A DNA stretch of 64,000 nt, taken from NCBI GenBank assembly GCA_903878275.1, contig CAIRHC010000010.1, positions 1,604 to 65,603 of the forward strand, written 5' to 3'. Below, piece after piece: positions 29,630-38,716 of this stretch. Origin of the DNA: Candidatus Vogelbacteria bacterium (GTDB lineage: Bacteria > Patescibacteriota > Minisyncoccia > Phycocordibacterales > XYD1-FULL-46-19). A model generated the notes under the pieces. It did no database searches. It worked only from the letters and a program-made list of their open reading frames with translations, and was not told where the DNA came from. The first letter of the stretch is position 1. Every line of letters starts with the position of its first letter. The position numbers and the translations under genes are program-made.

Positions 29630-30022
29630 CTAGCTATTATTTTTATCCAAAAAACTTTTCAAAATAAGTGCCGCCGCCCGAGCATCGGTCAATGGATCGG
29701 TTTGTTTTTCATCAATCAGACGCTTCGCTTCACGGCTAGTAAAAAACTCTTTTTCAAAAATCACAGGGAGCCCGCTCGCCTGCCCTAATTTTTCTTTAAA
29801 ATTTAAAATTTCTTTTTGAATCGGATTATCGGCACCAGACAAATCAACGGATTCACCAATTACAATTTTTTCAATTTTTTCTTCGTCACAAATTTTTTTA
29901 ATGTCTTCAGTTAAATTTGCAGTATTTTTTAAAACTTTAAGTGGAAAAGCAAAACTACCGAGCTCGTCGCTAATAGCGAGACCAACTTTCCGATTGCCAT
30001 AATCAATACCTAAATAACGCAT
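29630..30022 (-). CDS. ruvX: YqgF/RuvX family nuclease
   Basis: LGIDYGNRKVGLAISD, EFFTS, DARAAALIL; start 30022. Confidence 0.9.
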   Translation of the reverse strand: MRYLGIDYGNRKVGLAISDELGSFAFPLKVLKNTANLTEDIKKICDEEKIEKIVIGESVDLSGADNPIQKEILNFKEKLGQASGLPVIFEKEFFTSREAKRLIDEKQTDPLTDARAAALILKSFLDKNNS

Positions 30023-30052
30023 CTGAAAATGATAACATTTTTGTCGGATTTT

Positions 30053-30088
30053 AAAAATAAAGCCCCGCGAGCGCAAGCGCTCGCGGGG
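30053..30088 (-). repeat. Palindrome family A copy / dapA terminator
   Basis: On - strand CCCCGCGAGCGC-TT-GCGCTCGCGGGG-CTTTATTTTT; matches 3319-3354 except the 2-nt loop. Confidence 0.85.
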
Positions 30089-30100
30089 AAACAAAAAAAA

Positions 30101-30985
30101 CTACTCATCCCACTCGGGACCAAGAATTTCCATCACCTGATAAGTGAGTTCTTTAGCCCCAATAAAAGACAGCGATGTAAGTGGTAGCCGAAGCTCGTTC
30201 GCACACCGCCCAATACAAAACAATATCGCCTTAGTCGGGATTGGACTCGTTGTCGAAAAAGCAATCTTCGACAGTCGACGAATAAACTCATGGTCATTTT
30301 CTGCACCATCAAAATCAAACCTTGGACCAAGAGCTTTTTGGCACATTCCTGAAATAAGTTTTGGGGCGAAATTTGAAACGACGCTTATCACTCCTTTGGC
30401 ACAAATCTTCATCGCTGGCCAAGCCAAATCGTCATCACCAGACAAGACCGGAATACCGAGCTTGATTAGGTCATTAACCCGCATCAAATTTCCCGAGGCC
30501 TCTTTTATTGCCACAAAACCATCAAGGGCAAAGATCTTGGCAACAGTTTCTGGCGAAAGGTCAACGCCTGTCCGCTTTGGCACATTGTAGGGCAATAAGG
30601 GCAAGCTTGTGCTCTCCCGAATCGCTTTATAGTGCTCATACAAGCCACTCTGTGGTGGTCGATTATAGTACGGCGTGATCAAAAGCGCCGCATCAGCACC
30701 GGCTTTTTCGGCCGACTTGGTCAAGCGGATCGCTTCTTTGGTACAATTCGATCCAGTCCCAGCAATGACCGGCACGCGACCAGCCGTCACTTCGATCGTC
30801 ACCGCGACAACCCGGTCGTGTTCTAAATGAGACAAGCAAGCGCTTTCGCCGGTCGTCCCGCATGGCACGAGGCCATTCACACCGCTTTTAATTTGCCACT
30901 CAATGTGACGCTTAAAAGCCTTCCAATCGACCCGAATATCCTTAAACGGGGTAATCAGAGCCGTAATACATCCACCAAATCTCAT
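30101..30985 (-). CDS. dapA: 4-hydroxy-tetrahydrodipicolinate synthase
   Basis: GTTGES, TPYYN, YNVP.RTG, IKEASG. Confidence 0.9.
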   Translation of the reverse strand: MRFGGCITALITPFKDIRVDWKAFKRHIEWQIKSGVNGLVPCGTTGESACLSHLEHDRVVAVTIEVTAGRVPVIAGTGSNCTKEAIRLTKSAEKAGADAALLITPYYNRPPQSGLYEHYKAIRESTSLPLLPYNVPKRTGVDLSPETVAKIFALDGFVAIKEASGNLMRVNDLIKLGIPVLSGDDDLAWPAMKICAKGVISVVSNFAPKLISGMCQKALGPRFDFDGAENDHEFIRRLSKIAFSTTSPIPTKAILFCIGRCANELRLPLTSLSFIGAKELTYQVMEILGPEWDE

Positions 30986-31098
30986 TATCTTTACCTCCAG
31001 TTCTTAGTTTAAGTAACTTTGACAAAAACAAACAAACTCCACTTTTTAAGCTATCATTAAAGAGTTAAAAGTCAAAATAAGAAATAGATAATACTTAA

Positions 31099-31707
31099 TT
31101 AACTAATTTCTAAGTTTTTATAATAATCGATTCTCTTTTTGATTAATTTTTCTGCTTCAATTTTGCTAAATTCAGTAATAAATTTAGGTAGTCTTATATT
31201 CAACACTGAATCCATAAGAAGTTTGTTGGATTTTGGATCTAATTTTGGTTTGGTATCTATATCAATACCGCTCAAAATATCGGCTTCCGCCAAAATAAGT
31301 TCATCAGTATCTTTAATCTCTAGTTTTTTATCGTGAACAGCGACTAGATGAACACACCGTTCTTTTTGTTCACCAGTTAAAGATGAAAATATATCATCTT
31401 TTAATAGATTTTTTATTTTTTCAGCGCCTAATTCTTCGTGTCGTCTTTTGGCATTTTCTATCTTATCAAAATTCATCACCTCGTCATCTTTAAATAATTC
31501 AGAATAGCCCCAATCATGCGCATAAGCCGCGACGACCAAAACAGTCTTGTCCAACTTCAGGTCAGGATTGTGGTCAATAATTTTTTTTATCCATTCCACA
31601 ACTTCTAGTGTATGGATTTTATCAAAACCACCTCGACTTTTTTCTAAGTCAAACAATATTTTTTCTTTTAAATATTCCTCAATTTTATCCATATTTTTAT
31701 TTCCCAA
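31099..31707 (-). CDS. HD-domain protein
   Basis: HT...AAYAHDWGY...HE...HD...EAD. Confidence 0.8.
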   Translation of the reverse strand: MGNKNMDKIEEYLKEKILFDLEKSRGGFDKIHTLEVVEWIKKIIDHNPDLKLDKTVLVVAAYAHDWGYSELFKDDEVMNFDKIENAKRRHEELGAEKIKNLLKDDIFSSLTGEQKERCVHLVAVHDKKLEIKDTDELILAEADILSGIDIDTKPKLDPKSNKLLMDSVLNIRLPKFITEFSKIEAEKLIKKRIDYYKNLEIS

Positions 31708-31713
31708 TAATAT

Positions 31714-32454
31714 CTAGCCAAAATAATACCCTTTCCAATCATTTATCACACCGGAACAATCATTTTTTATGGCAATTTCTTCAACCATTTTGTGAATTTC
31801 TTTTTGGACTTCAATATCACCTGATTTAATGATTGATTCAATTTTTTTCAAAAAATCTTCGGACGAAATCGACAAATTTTTAAGGGGATATTTTTCCAAC
31901 TCACATTTTAGAAACTTATTGTACGGACGAACTCGTCCTTCAATCGCAAAAAGAAAGATTAGCAACCACGGTAATGATTCGCAAGCATCGAAATGAGAAG
32001 CTAATGCATTTCCATCTCGGTTGTTTTTGATAGACCGATATAAAGAATTGAGATAACCCTCTAAGGCATTTTTCGCCACTTTCAATATTTGATCTTTTGG
32101 AAATATACCTTTTTCATCAATTAACTTTTGAATTTCTCCGGTTTTATCAATTTGAGCTTTTACGTGTGCAAAAGTATATTTATCCCACTCTTCGGTACTT
32201 CCTGCGGTTGCATAATTTTTGAATTCAGATATAGATCTAACCACTATTTCAACCATTTCTTGTTTTGTTTTATATTCATTTTTTACATCCGACACCGATT
32301 CATCTGTTGCGATTATTGCCACATCATAATCTGAATTTTCAGTATACACCCCTTTCCCTCGTCCACCAGCCAAAATTAATCCAATGACTCTTTCATCACT
32401 TTTAGCTTTTTCCAAAACACTTTCAAACTCTTTTGTTTTTATTTCTTCGTTCAT
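31714..32454 (-). CDS. Pol-beta-like nucleotidyltransferase domain protein
   Basis: LAGGRGKG...SDYDV, followed by a helical C-terminal domain. Confidence 0.78.
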   Translation of the reverse strand: MNEEIKTKEFESVLEKAKSDERVIGLILAGGRGKGVYTENSDYDVAIIATDESVSDVKNEYKTKQEMVEIVVRSISEFKNYATAGSTEEWDKYTFAHVKAQIDKTGEIQKLIDEKGIFPKDQILKVAKNALEGYLNSLYRSIKNNRDGNALASHFDACESLPWLLIFLFAIEGRVRPYNKFLKCELEKYPLKNLSISSEDFLKKIESIIKSGDIEVQKEIHKMVEEIAIKNDCSGVINDWKGYYFG

Positions 32455-32458
32455 ATTT

Positions 32459-32547
32459 TGGCGGAGGGGGTGGGATTCGGACCCACGGTGCCTTGCGGCA
32501 CTCTTGTTTTCAAGACAAGTGCACTAGACCAACTATGCGACCCCTCC
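32459..32547 (-). tRNA. tRNA-Ser(TGA)
   Basis: GGAGGGG acceptor stem, CTTGT-CTTGAAA-ACAAG, long variable arm, T-loop TCCGAAT, GCCA end. Confidence 0.93.
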
Positions 32548-32686
32548 CAATTATCCAACCCTGCCATCTTACCAAAAAACCACTAAAAATCAAAAAAAAC
32601 GGTGCCATAACGGTCACCCTCTTTTTTTTGATACAACATTGTTTGATTTATCAAACAAGAAGTGCCCTTGTGGTATAATCAGAAAA

Positions 32687-34069
32687 ATGACTGACGAAGA
32701 AAAACTTTATACTAAAACTCGGCAGGTTTCGGTCAAGGAAGGAGCTTTTGCTTCTATTGCTTCTGGTGCCGGCGAAGCCTATATCACGCCTTACGCTCTG
32801 GAACTAAAAGCGAGCAACCTTGAGATCGGTTTTCTTTCAAGCCTTGCCAGCTTCCTTGCTCCGCTATCGCAAATTATCGGCAGTCAATTGATTGAAAAAT
32901 ACAATCGCAAGACAATCGTTGTCGTCGGGGTCATATTACAATCTTTGTCTTGGCTTTTATTGATCGCTCTTGGTTTTATTTTTCTTATTTATGGCAAAAC
33001 CGATTTTCTGATTCCCCTTTTTATTTTATCTTATGTTGTTTATAGCACTTTCGGATCAATCGGCGGACCAGCTTGGTTTTCGCTTCTCGGCGATGCCGTG
33101 CCAGAAAATATCCGCGGACAATATTTTTCTCGTCGCAACAAAATCAGCGGTATCGTTTCCACCACCGCCACCATTGTCGCTTCGATTTGGCTATATTATG
33201 CCAAAGAATGGCAAATTTTAATTCCCGCTTTCATTTCCCTTTTTGCCATATCAGCAATCTCGCGCTCGATTTCCGCTTATTATTTAAGTCGGCATTATGT
33301 CAAAAATACTCACCCCGAAACTAATTATTATTTTTCTTTTTGGCAATTTATCAAAAAAGCCCCGACCAATAATTTTGGTCGCTTTTCCCTCTACATCGCG
33401 TTAAGTAATTTCGCGATCAACCTGGCTGGTCCATTTTTTGCCATTTATCTTTGGAAGGAACTCGCTTTCAATCCGATCGTTTTTACGTTGATAAATATTT
33501 CCGCCGGTTTATTTTCTCTGCTCGCTATGCCATTTTGGGGAAAAATCGCCGACGAGTATGGCAATCGCGAACTTTTAAAAATCGGTAGTTTACTGCTCGC
33601 CATCGCCCCGCTATTATGGCTCGTGTCCAAAAATCCTTTTTATCTAGCCCTTATTCCCCAACTCGTCGGCGGGGTCGGTTCGGCAGCTTTCAATCTCGGG
33701 GCTTCAAATTTTATTTACGACGCGGTCACGCCCGATCGCCGAGCCATTTGTGTCGCCTATTACAACACAATAAACGGTGTCGGAGTTTTACTTGGTGCCA
33801 GCCTCGGCGGTCTCGTTGCTCAATATCTTCATTTTTCTTTCATAAATATTTTTCTTCTGATTTTTTTAATTTCTAGCCTCGCCAGATTTTTTGTTTATTT
33901 TTTCGGTTTAGCAAAAATTAAAGAAGTTCGCACAACAAACAAAACGCCGAGAAAAAATCCCCTCCTTTATATCAGCGAGCTAGAACCGCTTGGCAATTTA
34001 CGCGAATGGATTTTTTATCCATTACGAAAATTAAAAAATATCCGCCACAAAAATCCGCCTAAAAGTTGA
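32687..34069 (+). CDS. MFS transporter
   Basis: ~12 TM segments, WGKIADEYGNR motif A; start ATG 32687. Confidence 0.88.
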   Translation: MTDEEKLYTKTRQVSVKEGAFASIASGAGEAYITPYALELKASNLEIGFLSSLASFLAPLSQIIGSQLIEKYNRKTIVVVGVILQSLSWLLLIALGFIFLIYGKTDFLIPLFILSYVVYSTFGSIGGPAWFSLLGDAVPENIRGQYFSRRNKISGIVSTTATIVASIWLYYAKEWQILIPAFISLFAISAISRSISAYYLSRHYVKNTHPETNYYFSFWQFIKKAPTNNFGRFSLYIALSNFAINLAGPFFAIYLWKELAFNPIVFTLINISAGLFSLLAMPFWGKIADEYGNRELLKIGSLLLAIAPLLWLVSKNPFYLALIPQLVGGVGSAAFNLGASNFIYDAVTPDRRAICVAYYNTINGVGVLLGASLGGLVAQYLHFSFINIFLLIFLISSLARFFVYFFGLAKIKEVRTTNKTPRKNPLLYISELEPLGNLREWIFYPLRKLKNIRHKNPPKS

Positions 34070-34123
34070 TAACTGGTGGTTAATTAAATTTCAATTGTAA
34101 TTTAATTTTGCTATAATTATTTT

Positions 34124-34645
34124 ATGGACGAAGACGCTTTTAATAATTTTTTTGAAAAAAGTAAGAAGGTTGTTGACGACAACAAGGAAACTCTTGAATG
34201 GGAAACACCCGAACATGAGCAACAAAGTCGCCACCCGGATTGGTATTGGGGTGCCGGGGCTATTGTAGTATTTATAATTGTTTTAAGTATTATTTTTGGC
34301 AATTTTCTTCTCGCCATAATCTTTCTTATTGCCTCTTTCTCTCTTTATATTTATGAAGTTCGCACGCCCAAGATTATCAAGGTAAAAATCACACCCAAAG
34401 GCGTTATTCTTGGTGGCGAACTCCATACTTACGAAAAAATTAAATCTTTCTGGATTACTGAAAAAGATAACGATCTTCCACCGAAACTTTTAATTTATTA
34501 TGATCGAATTTTAATTCCCACCATCACTATTTATCTCGAAGATATGTCACCAGAAAAAGTTCGCTCTTATCTAAAAAAGTATGGTGAGGAAGAAGAGAAA
34601 CCTCCAACTTTCAGCGAGGCTGTCGCCAACGCCCTTGGTTTTTAA
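34124..34645 (+). CDS. Conserved CPR-type 2-TM membrane protein
   Basis: LEWETPE...DWYW, two TM segments, PH-like tail (IKSFW). Confidence 0.75.
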   Translation: MDEDAFNNFFEKSKKVVDDNKETLEWETPEHEQQSRHPDWYWGAGAIVVFIIVLSIIFGNFLLAIIFLIASFSLYIYEVRTPKIIKVKITPKGVILGGELHTYEKIKSFWITEKDNDLPPKLLIYYDRILIPTITIYLEDMSPEKVRSYLKKYGEEEEKPPTFSEAVANALGF

Positions 34646-34668
34646 TAAATTTATGGTAGTGTTTATCT

Positions 34669-34739
34669 ATCCTTTCCTCTCGCCCTAAAATGTTTTGAGG
34701 ACAAAACATCAAGGGTAAATCGTTCAATGGAGGGGTGGT
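34669..34739 (+). ncRNA. Candidate structured leader/ncRNA upstream of tRNA-Arg(GCG)
   Basis: TGGTAGTGT -10 box, then nested stems CCCT/AGGG and ATGTTTTG/CAAAACAT. Confidence 0.35.
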
Positions 34740-34770
34740 GTACTTTTAAATTTTGATTAGAAATATTAAA

Positions 34771-34842
34771 CCTCTCGTCGTTCAATGGATAGGACGCAAC
34801 TTTGCGGAAGTTGTGATGCAAGTTCGATTCTTGCCGAGAGGA
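34771..34842 (+). tRNA. tRNA-Arg(GCG)
   Basis: CCTCTCG/CGAGAGG acceptor stem, CAACT-TTGCGGA-AGTTG. Confidence 0.92.
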
Positions 34843-34845
34843 CAA

Positions 34846-35343
34846 ATGACAAAAAAAAAGATAAAAATCACACTCCTAGTAGCTCTGGTCATCTTATTTA
34901 GTGGAATTACGGTTTTTTATTTTTACATAAAACCCTATCTTGCGATCAGAAACGCCGGTCCCAATTCTAGAACCATATACACTGGCTATGTAAAAATTGA
35001 ATCCATTTCTCTACCAGAACTTAAAATAAAATTAGAAAAACAGTGTCCCGTAACAAAAAATGAACCCGGATTTTGCCAATACAGAGAAACCACACTACCT
35101 TATTACGAAAAAGGTGTCGGTCTTGAGATTTACCCAAACGGTAGTTGGGATTTTGGTCCGAATTCATTTTTTGTTGTTGGAGACAAATTATGGAAAACCG
35201 ACGACATCCCCGGTCCGCCAGACCCAAATAAATTTAAAGAAGGTGTGAGACAAGACATAAACAAAATCGGAAATATTTTACAAATCAAAGAAGATTCTTG
35301 GAAAATAACCAAAATGGAATACCCTGTGGATATCCTCTATTAA
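34846..35343 (+). CDS. Membrane-anchored hypothetical protein between two tRNA-Arg genes
   Basis: ATG 4 nt after the tRNA; N-terminal TM segment. Confidence 0.7.
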   Translation: MTKKKIKITLLVALVILFSGITVFYFYIKPYLAIRNAGPNSRTIYTGYVKIESISLPELKIKLEKQCPVTKNEPGFCQYRETTLPYYEKGVGLEIYPNGSWDFGPNSFFVVGDKLWKTDDIPGPPDPNKFKEGVRQDINKIGNILQIKEDSWKITKMEYPVDILY

Positions 35344-35347
35344 CAAT

Positions 35348-35419
35348 CTCTCCGTAGTCTAATGGATAAAACACGGGCCTCCGAAGCTCGGATTGCAGGT
35401 TCGATTCCTGCCGGAGGGA
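35348..35419 (+). tRNA. tRNA-Arg(CCG)
   Basis: CGGGC-CTCCGAA-GCTCG, GGTTCGATT. Confidence 0.92.
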
Positions 35420-35550
35420 CAAAAAAAACCGCTTACTCTCCCTCTTTGGGATACTGGGGGCGGTTTTTTGGAAAAACGGTTATCCCCACAAGTAAACGGT
35501 ATTAAAAAGATACCACACCCAAAAAAATCCGCAACCGCGGATTTTTTTGA

Positions 35551-35814
35551 TTATTTAACTTTTTTGAGAAATTTCGCCAGACGAGACTTTTTACGAGAAG
35601 CGGTATTTTTCTTGATAATCCCCCGCTTAGCAGCTTTATCGATGGCTTTGTAGGCTTCCGACAATTTCTTTAAAGCTTCAGCTGGTTTCTTATCGATCGC
35701 AATTTTTTTGGTATCTTTAATAGCCAACTTCATTGTTTTGGCTCGGCGATCATTATAAACTTTTTTAGTCTTCGAACCTCGAAGAGCTTTTTTTGCAGAT
35801 TTGATTATTGGCAT
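35551..35814 (-). CDS. rpsT: 30S ribosomal protein S20
   Basis: IKSAKK, IDKAAKRGIIKKNTASRKKSRL. Confidence 0.96.
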   Translation of the reverse strand: MPIIKSAKKALRGSKTKKVYNDRRAKTMKLAIKDTKKIAIDKKPAEALKKLSEAYKAIDKAAKRGIIKKNTASRKKSRLAKFLKKVK

Positions 35815-35882
35815 ACGCTATAGACAATACAAGATTTTCTCAATAATTGCAAGGCTTATCCCCTCTGGTGTATGATTAATCA

Positions 35883-36449
35883 ATGATTGGTCAACTAACC
35901 GGAAAAATTAGCCACCTCGGTGAAAAATTCCTTATTTTAGACGTAAGTGGTGTTGGTTATAAAGTTTCCGCCACCACCGAGACTTTGCAAAAATCTAAGC
36001 TTGGCACTGATTTGACGCTCTGGACGCACCTAGTTGTCCGCGAAGATGCTCTTGATTTATACGGCTTTGTCGATAAGACCGAGCTAGATTTTTTCCAGCT
36101 TTTGATTAGTATTTCTGGCGTCGGTCCAAAAGGTGCGTTGTCTATTCTCTCGCTCGCCCCACCCGAAACCCTACGTAAAGCTATTTCATCTGGCAATACC
36201 AGCTATCTCACCCAAGTCTCGGGTATTGGTCGGAAAATTGCTGAAAAGATTGTCTTGGAGCTTCGTGATAAAATCGGTGGAATCGAAACCGAAAATAATT
36301 CTTTAGAAAAAGACACCGAGGTAATAATGGCACTCGAAGCTCTCGGCTATTCTAATCGAGAAGCACGCGAATCTTTACGAAAAATCCCCGATGAAATTAG
36401 CGAGACTGGTGCTAAAATAAAAGAAGCCTTAAAACAATTACACAAATAA
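35883..36449 (+). CDS. ruvA: Holliday junction branch migration protein RuvA
   Basis: GVGY, VREDALDLYGF, SGVGPK, ALEALGY. Confidence 0.96.
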   Translation: MIGQLTGKISHLGEKFLILDVSGVGYKVSATTETLQKSKLGTDLTLWTHLVVREDALDLYGFVDKTELDFFQLLISISGVGPKGALSILSLAPPETLRKAISSGNTSYLTQVSGIGRKIAEKIVLELRDKIGGIETENNSLEKDTEVIMALEALGYSNREARESLRKIPDEISETGAKIKEALKQLHK

Positions 36450-36453
36450 AAAT

Positions 36454-37764
36454 ATGGAAACAATACTAAAAATTTTAAAAAAAATATTACCAAGCCGTTT
36501 TTTTAATTTACTTCAAGCTCCTTACCACTATCTGCTCGCTTTTTTAGGTGCCATTATTTATCGCTTTCCAAGCCGAAAAATAAAAGTCATTGGCGTGACC
36601 GGCACCAAAGGAAAAACGAGTACCACCGAGATCCTCGCCTCTCTCCTTGAAGCCACACCAAACCCAAACAAAAAAGATGAAAATTTTAAGGTCGCCACTT
36701 CTTCGACTTTGCAATTTAAAATTGGCACCAAAGTTGATCGCAATTTATACAAAATGAGTATGCCCGGGCGATTCTTCTTGCAGAAATTTTTACGCCAAGC
36801 TGTTTCCGCCGGTTGCGATTATGCGGTGATCGAAATGACCTCCGAGGGCGCCAAAACTTATCGACATAAATTTATCGAGCTTGATGGTTTGATTTTTACT
36901 GGCATCTCGCCGGAACACATTGAAGCTCACGGCTCTTATGAAAATTATTTAAATTCTAAATTAGATTTTGCTCGCGCCTTAGAAAAATCACCGAAACTAA
37001 ACAAGATTTTGGTGGTCAATGGTGAAGACGAAAAATCAGCCGAATTTTTAAAAATTGCCACATCTGCCAAACAACTAAAAATAACTCTTTTTGATGGCGA
37101 GCCTTTTACAATCAAAGATGACGGCGGTATCGATTTTACCTACAAACACGAGAAACTTTCCACCCCACTATCTGGAAAATTCAATATTTACAATATTTTG
37201 CACGCCATAAAAATGGCGGAAGCCCAAGGTTCTAAAATCGAAGATATTAGACAAGCCCTTGCCAATCTAACTAAAATTGCCGGTCGTCTGGAAAAAGTAA
37301 TTGTCTTTAATCCCAAATTTGATTTTGAGGTGATTGTTGATTATGCCCACACCGCCGATTCTCTCACCCAAGCCTATGAAGCTTTTGGTCATCGCCGAAA
37401 AATCTGTGTCCTTGGAAGCTGTGGTGGCGGTCGCGACAAATGGAAACGCCCACAGATGGGAAAAGTTGCCGATCTTTATTGTTCGGAAATTATTTTAACC
37501 AATGAAGACCCTTACGATGAAGACCCCGAACAAATTGTCTGCGAATTGATTATGGGCATCACCAAGCACACGCCAAAAACTATTTTAGATCGTCGCCAAG
37601 CCATTCGTGAAGCGATTAAGATGGCAAATTTTGGCGACGTGGTAATTATCACCGGCAAAGGTACCGACCCTTATTTGATGGAAGCAAATGGCAAAAAAAC
37701 CCCTTGGAGCGATTATGGTGTCGCCGAAGAAGAACTGTTGAAAATTCTGAAAAATCGGGAATAA
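36454..37764 (+). CDS. murE: UDP-MurNAc-tripeptide synthetase (MurE-like)
   Basis: GVTGTKGKT, DYAHT, GGRD, NEDP, GKG. Confidence 0.85.
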   Translation: METILKILKKILPSRFFNLLQAPYHYLLAFLGAIIYRFPSRKIKVIGVTGTKGKTSTTEILASLLEATPNPNKKDENFKVATSSTLQFKIGTKVDRNLYKMSMPGRFFLQKFLRQAVSAGCDYAVIEMTSEGAKTYRHKFIELDGLIFTGISPEHIEAHGSYENYLNSKLDFARALEKSPKLNKILVVNGEDEKSAEFLKIATSAKQLKITLFDGEPFTIKDDGGIDFTYKHEKLSTPLSGKFNIYNILHAIKMAEAQGSKIEDIRQALANLTKIAGRLEKVIVFNPKFDFEVIVDYAHTADSLTQAYEAFGHRRKICVLGSCGGGRDKWKRPQMGKVADLYCSEIILTNEDPYDEDPEQIVCELIMGITKHTPKTILDRRQAIREAIKMANFGDVVIITGKGTDPYLMEANGKKTPWSDYGVAEEELLKILKNRE

Positions 37765-37773
37765 TAGTGAGCA

Positions 37774-38694
37774 ATGCCCGAACTACCAGAAGTTGAGACA
37801 ATCAAACGAGAACTAGCGAAAGTTTTAATCAGTAAAAAAATAAAATCAGCTGAAGTTTTTTGGTATAAAACAGTCGCCCCCTTGTCACCGCCCGAATTTT
37901 CGAAACAAACAAAAAATAAGGTGGTCTCGTCTCTCGAACGTCAGGCAAAGATTTTGATTATAAATTTCAGTGGTACAACATCGCTCGCTATTCATCTTAA
38001 AATGACCGGACAGCTAATATACGTTGCAAACAAAAGGCCACTGGCATCGAAACTTAGTTTCGATAAAAACATAATATCAAGGACTCCCCTTGATATTATT
38101 GCTGGTGGTCACCCTAATAGCCAGATGACAGAGAAACAACCGTCAAAATATACAAGACTTATTTTTGAATTTACCGATGGTTCACATTTGTATTTCAATG
38201 ATCTGCGAAAATTCGGCTGGGTCAGGCTCGTCGATGATTCCCAACTTAAAGATTTGACTAGGCACATCGGCGTCGAACCGCTTTCAAAAATTTTTACCGA
38301 CCAAGTGCTAATTGATATTTTTAAAAAATATCCCAATCGCACCGTAAAACAAATCTTAATGGATCAAACCTTGATTGCCGGCATCGGAAATATCTATTGC
38401 GATGAAGCTTGTTTTATTGCCAAAATTTTACCGACCAGAAAATCAAGTGCGACGAAATCAAACCAAATTAAAAAATTAAGAGAATCGATTGTCGCCGTTT
38501 TAAAACTCTCGATTCAGAAAAAAGGAACATCGTCTCGCAATTATCGTCGTTCAAATGGCGAACCCGGCGGTTTTGTCCCCCACCTCAATGTCTATGGTCG
38601 TACCAGTGAACCTTGTAAAATTTGCGGCCAAAAAATTAAAAAAATAAAACACGCCGGACGAGGAACACACTTTTGTGATCGTTGCCAGAAATAA
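37774..38694 (+). CDS. mutM: Formamidopyrimidine-DNA glycosylase
   Basis: MPELPEVE, HLKMTG, GIGNIY, C4 zinc finger. Confidence 0.96.
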   Translation: MPELPEVETIKRELAKVLISKKIKSAEVFWYKTVAPLSPPEFSKQTKNKVVSSLERQAKILIINFSGTTSLAIHLKMTGQLIYVANKRPLASKLSFDKNIISRTPLDIIAGGHPNSQMTEKQPSKYTRLIFEFTDGSHLYFNDLRKFGWVRLVDDSQLKDLTRHIGVEPLSKIFTDQVLIDIFKKYPNRTVKQILMDQTLIAGIGNIYCDEACFIAKILPTRKSSATKSNQIKKLRESIVAVLKLSIQKKGTSSRNYRRSNGEPGGFVPHLNVYGRTSEPCKICGQKIKKIKHAGRGTHFCDRCQK

Positions 38695-38710
38695 AAAATT
38701 ACGCTAGTCT
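38682..38710 (+). promoter_or_regulatory. Sigma70-type promoter of the candidate ncRNA
   Basis: TTGCCA-N17-TAGTCT. Confidence 0.6.
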
Positions 38711-38716
38711 TTGTTT

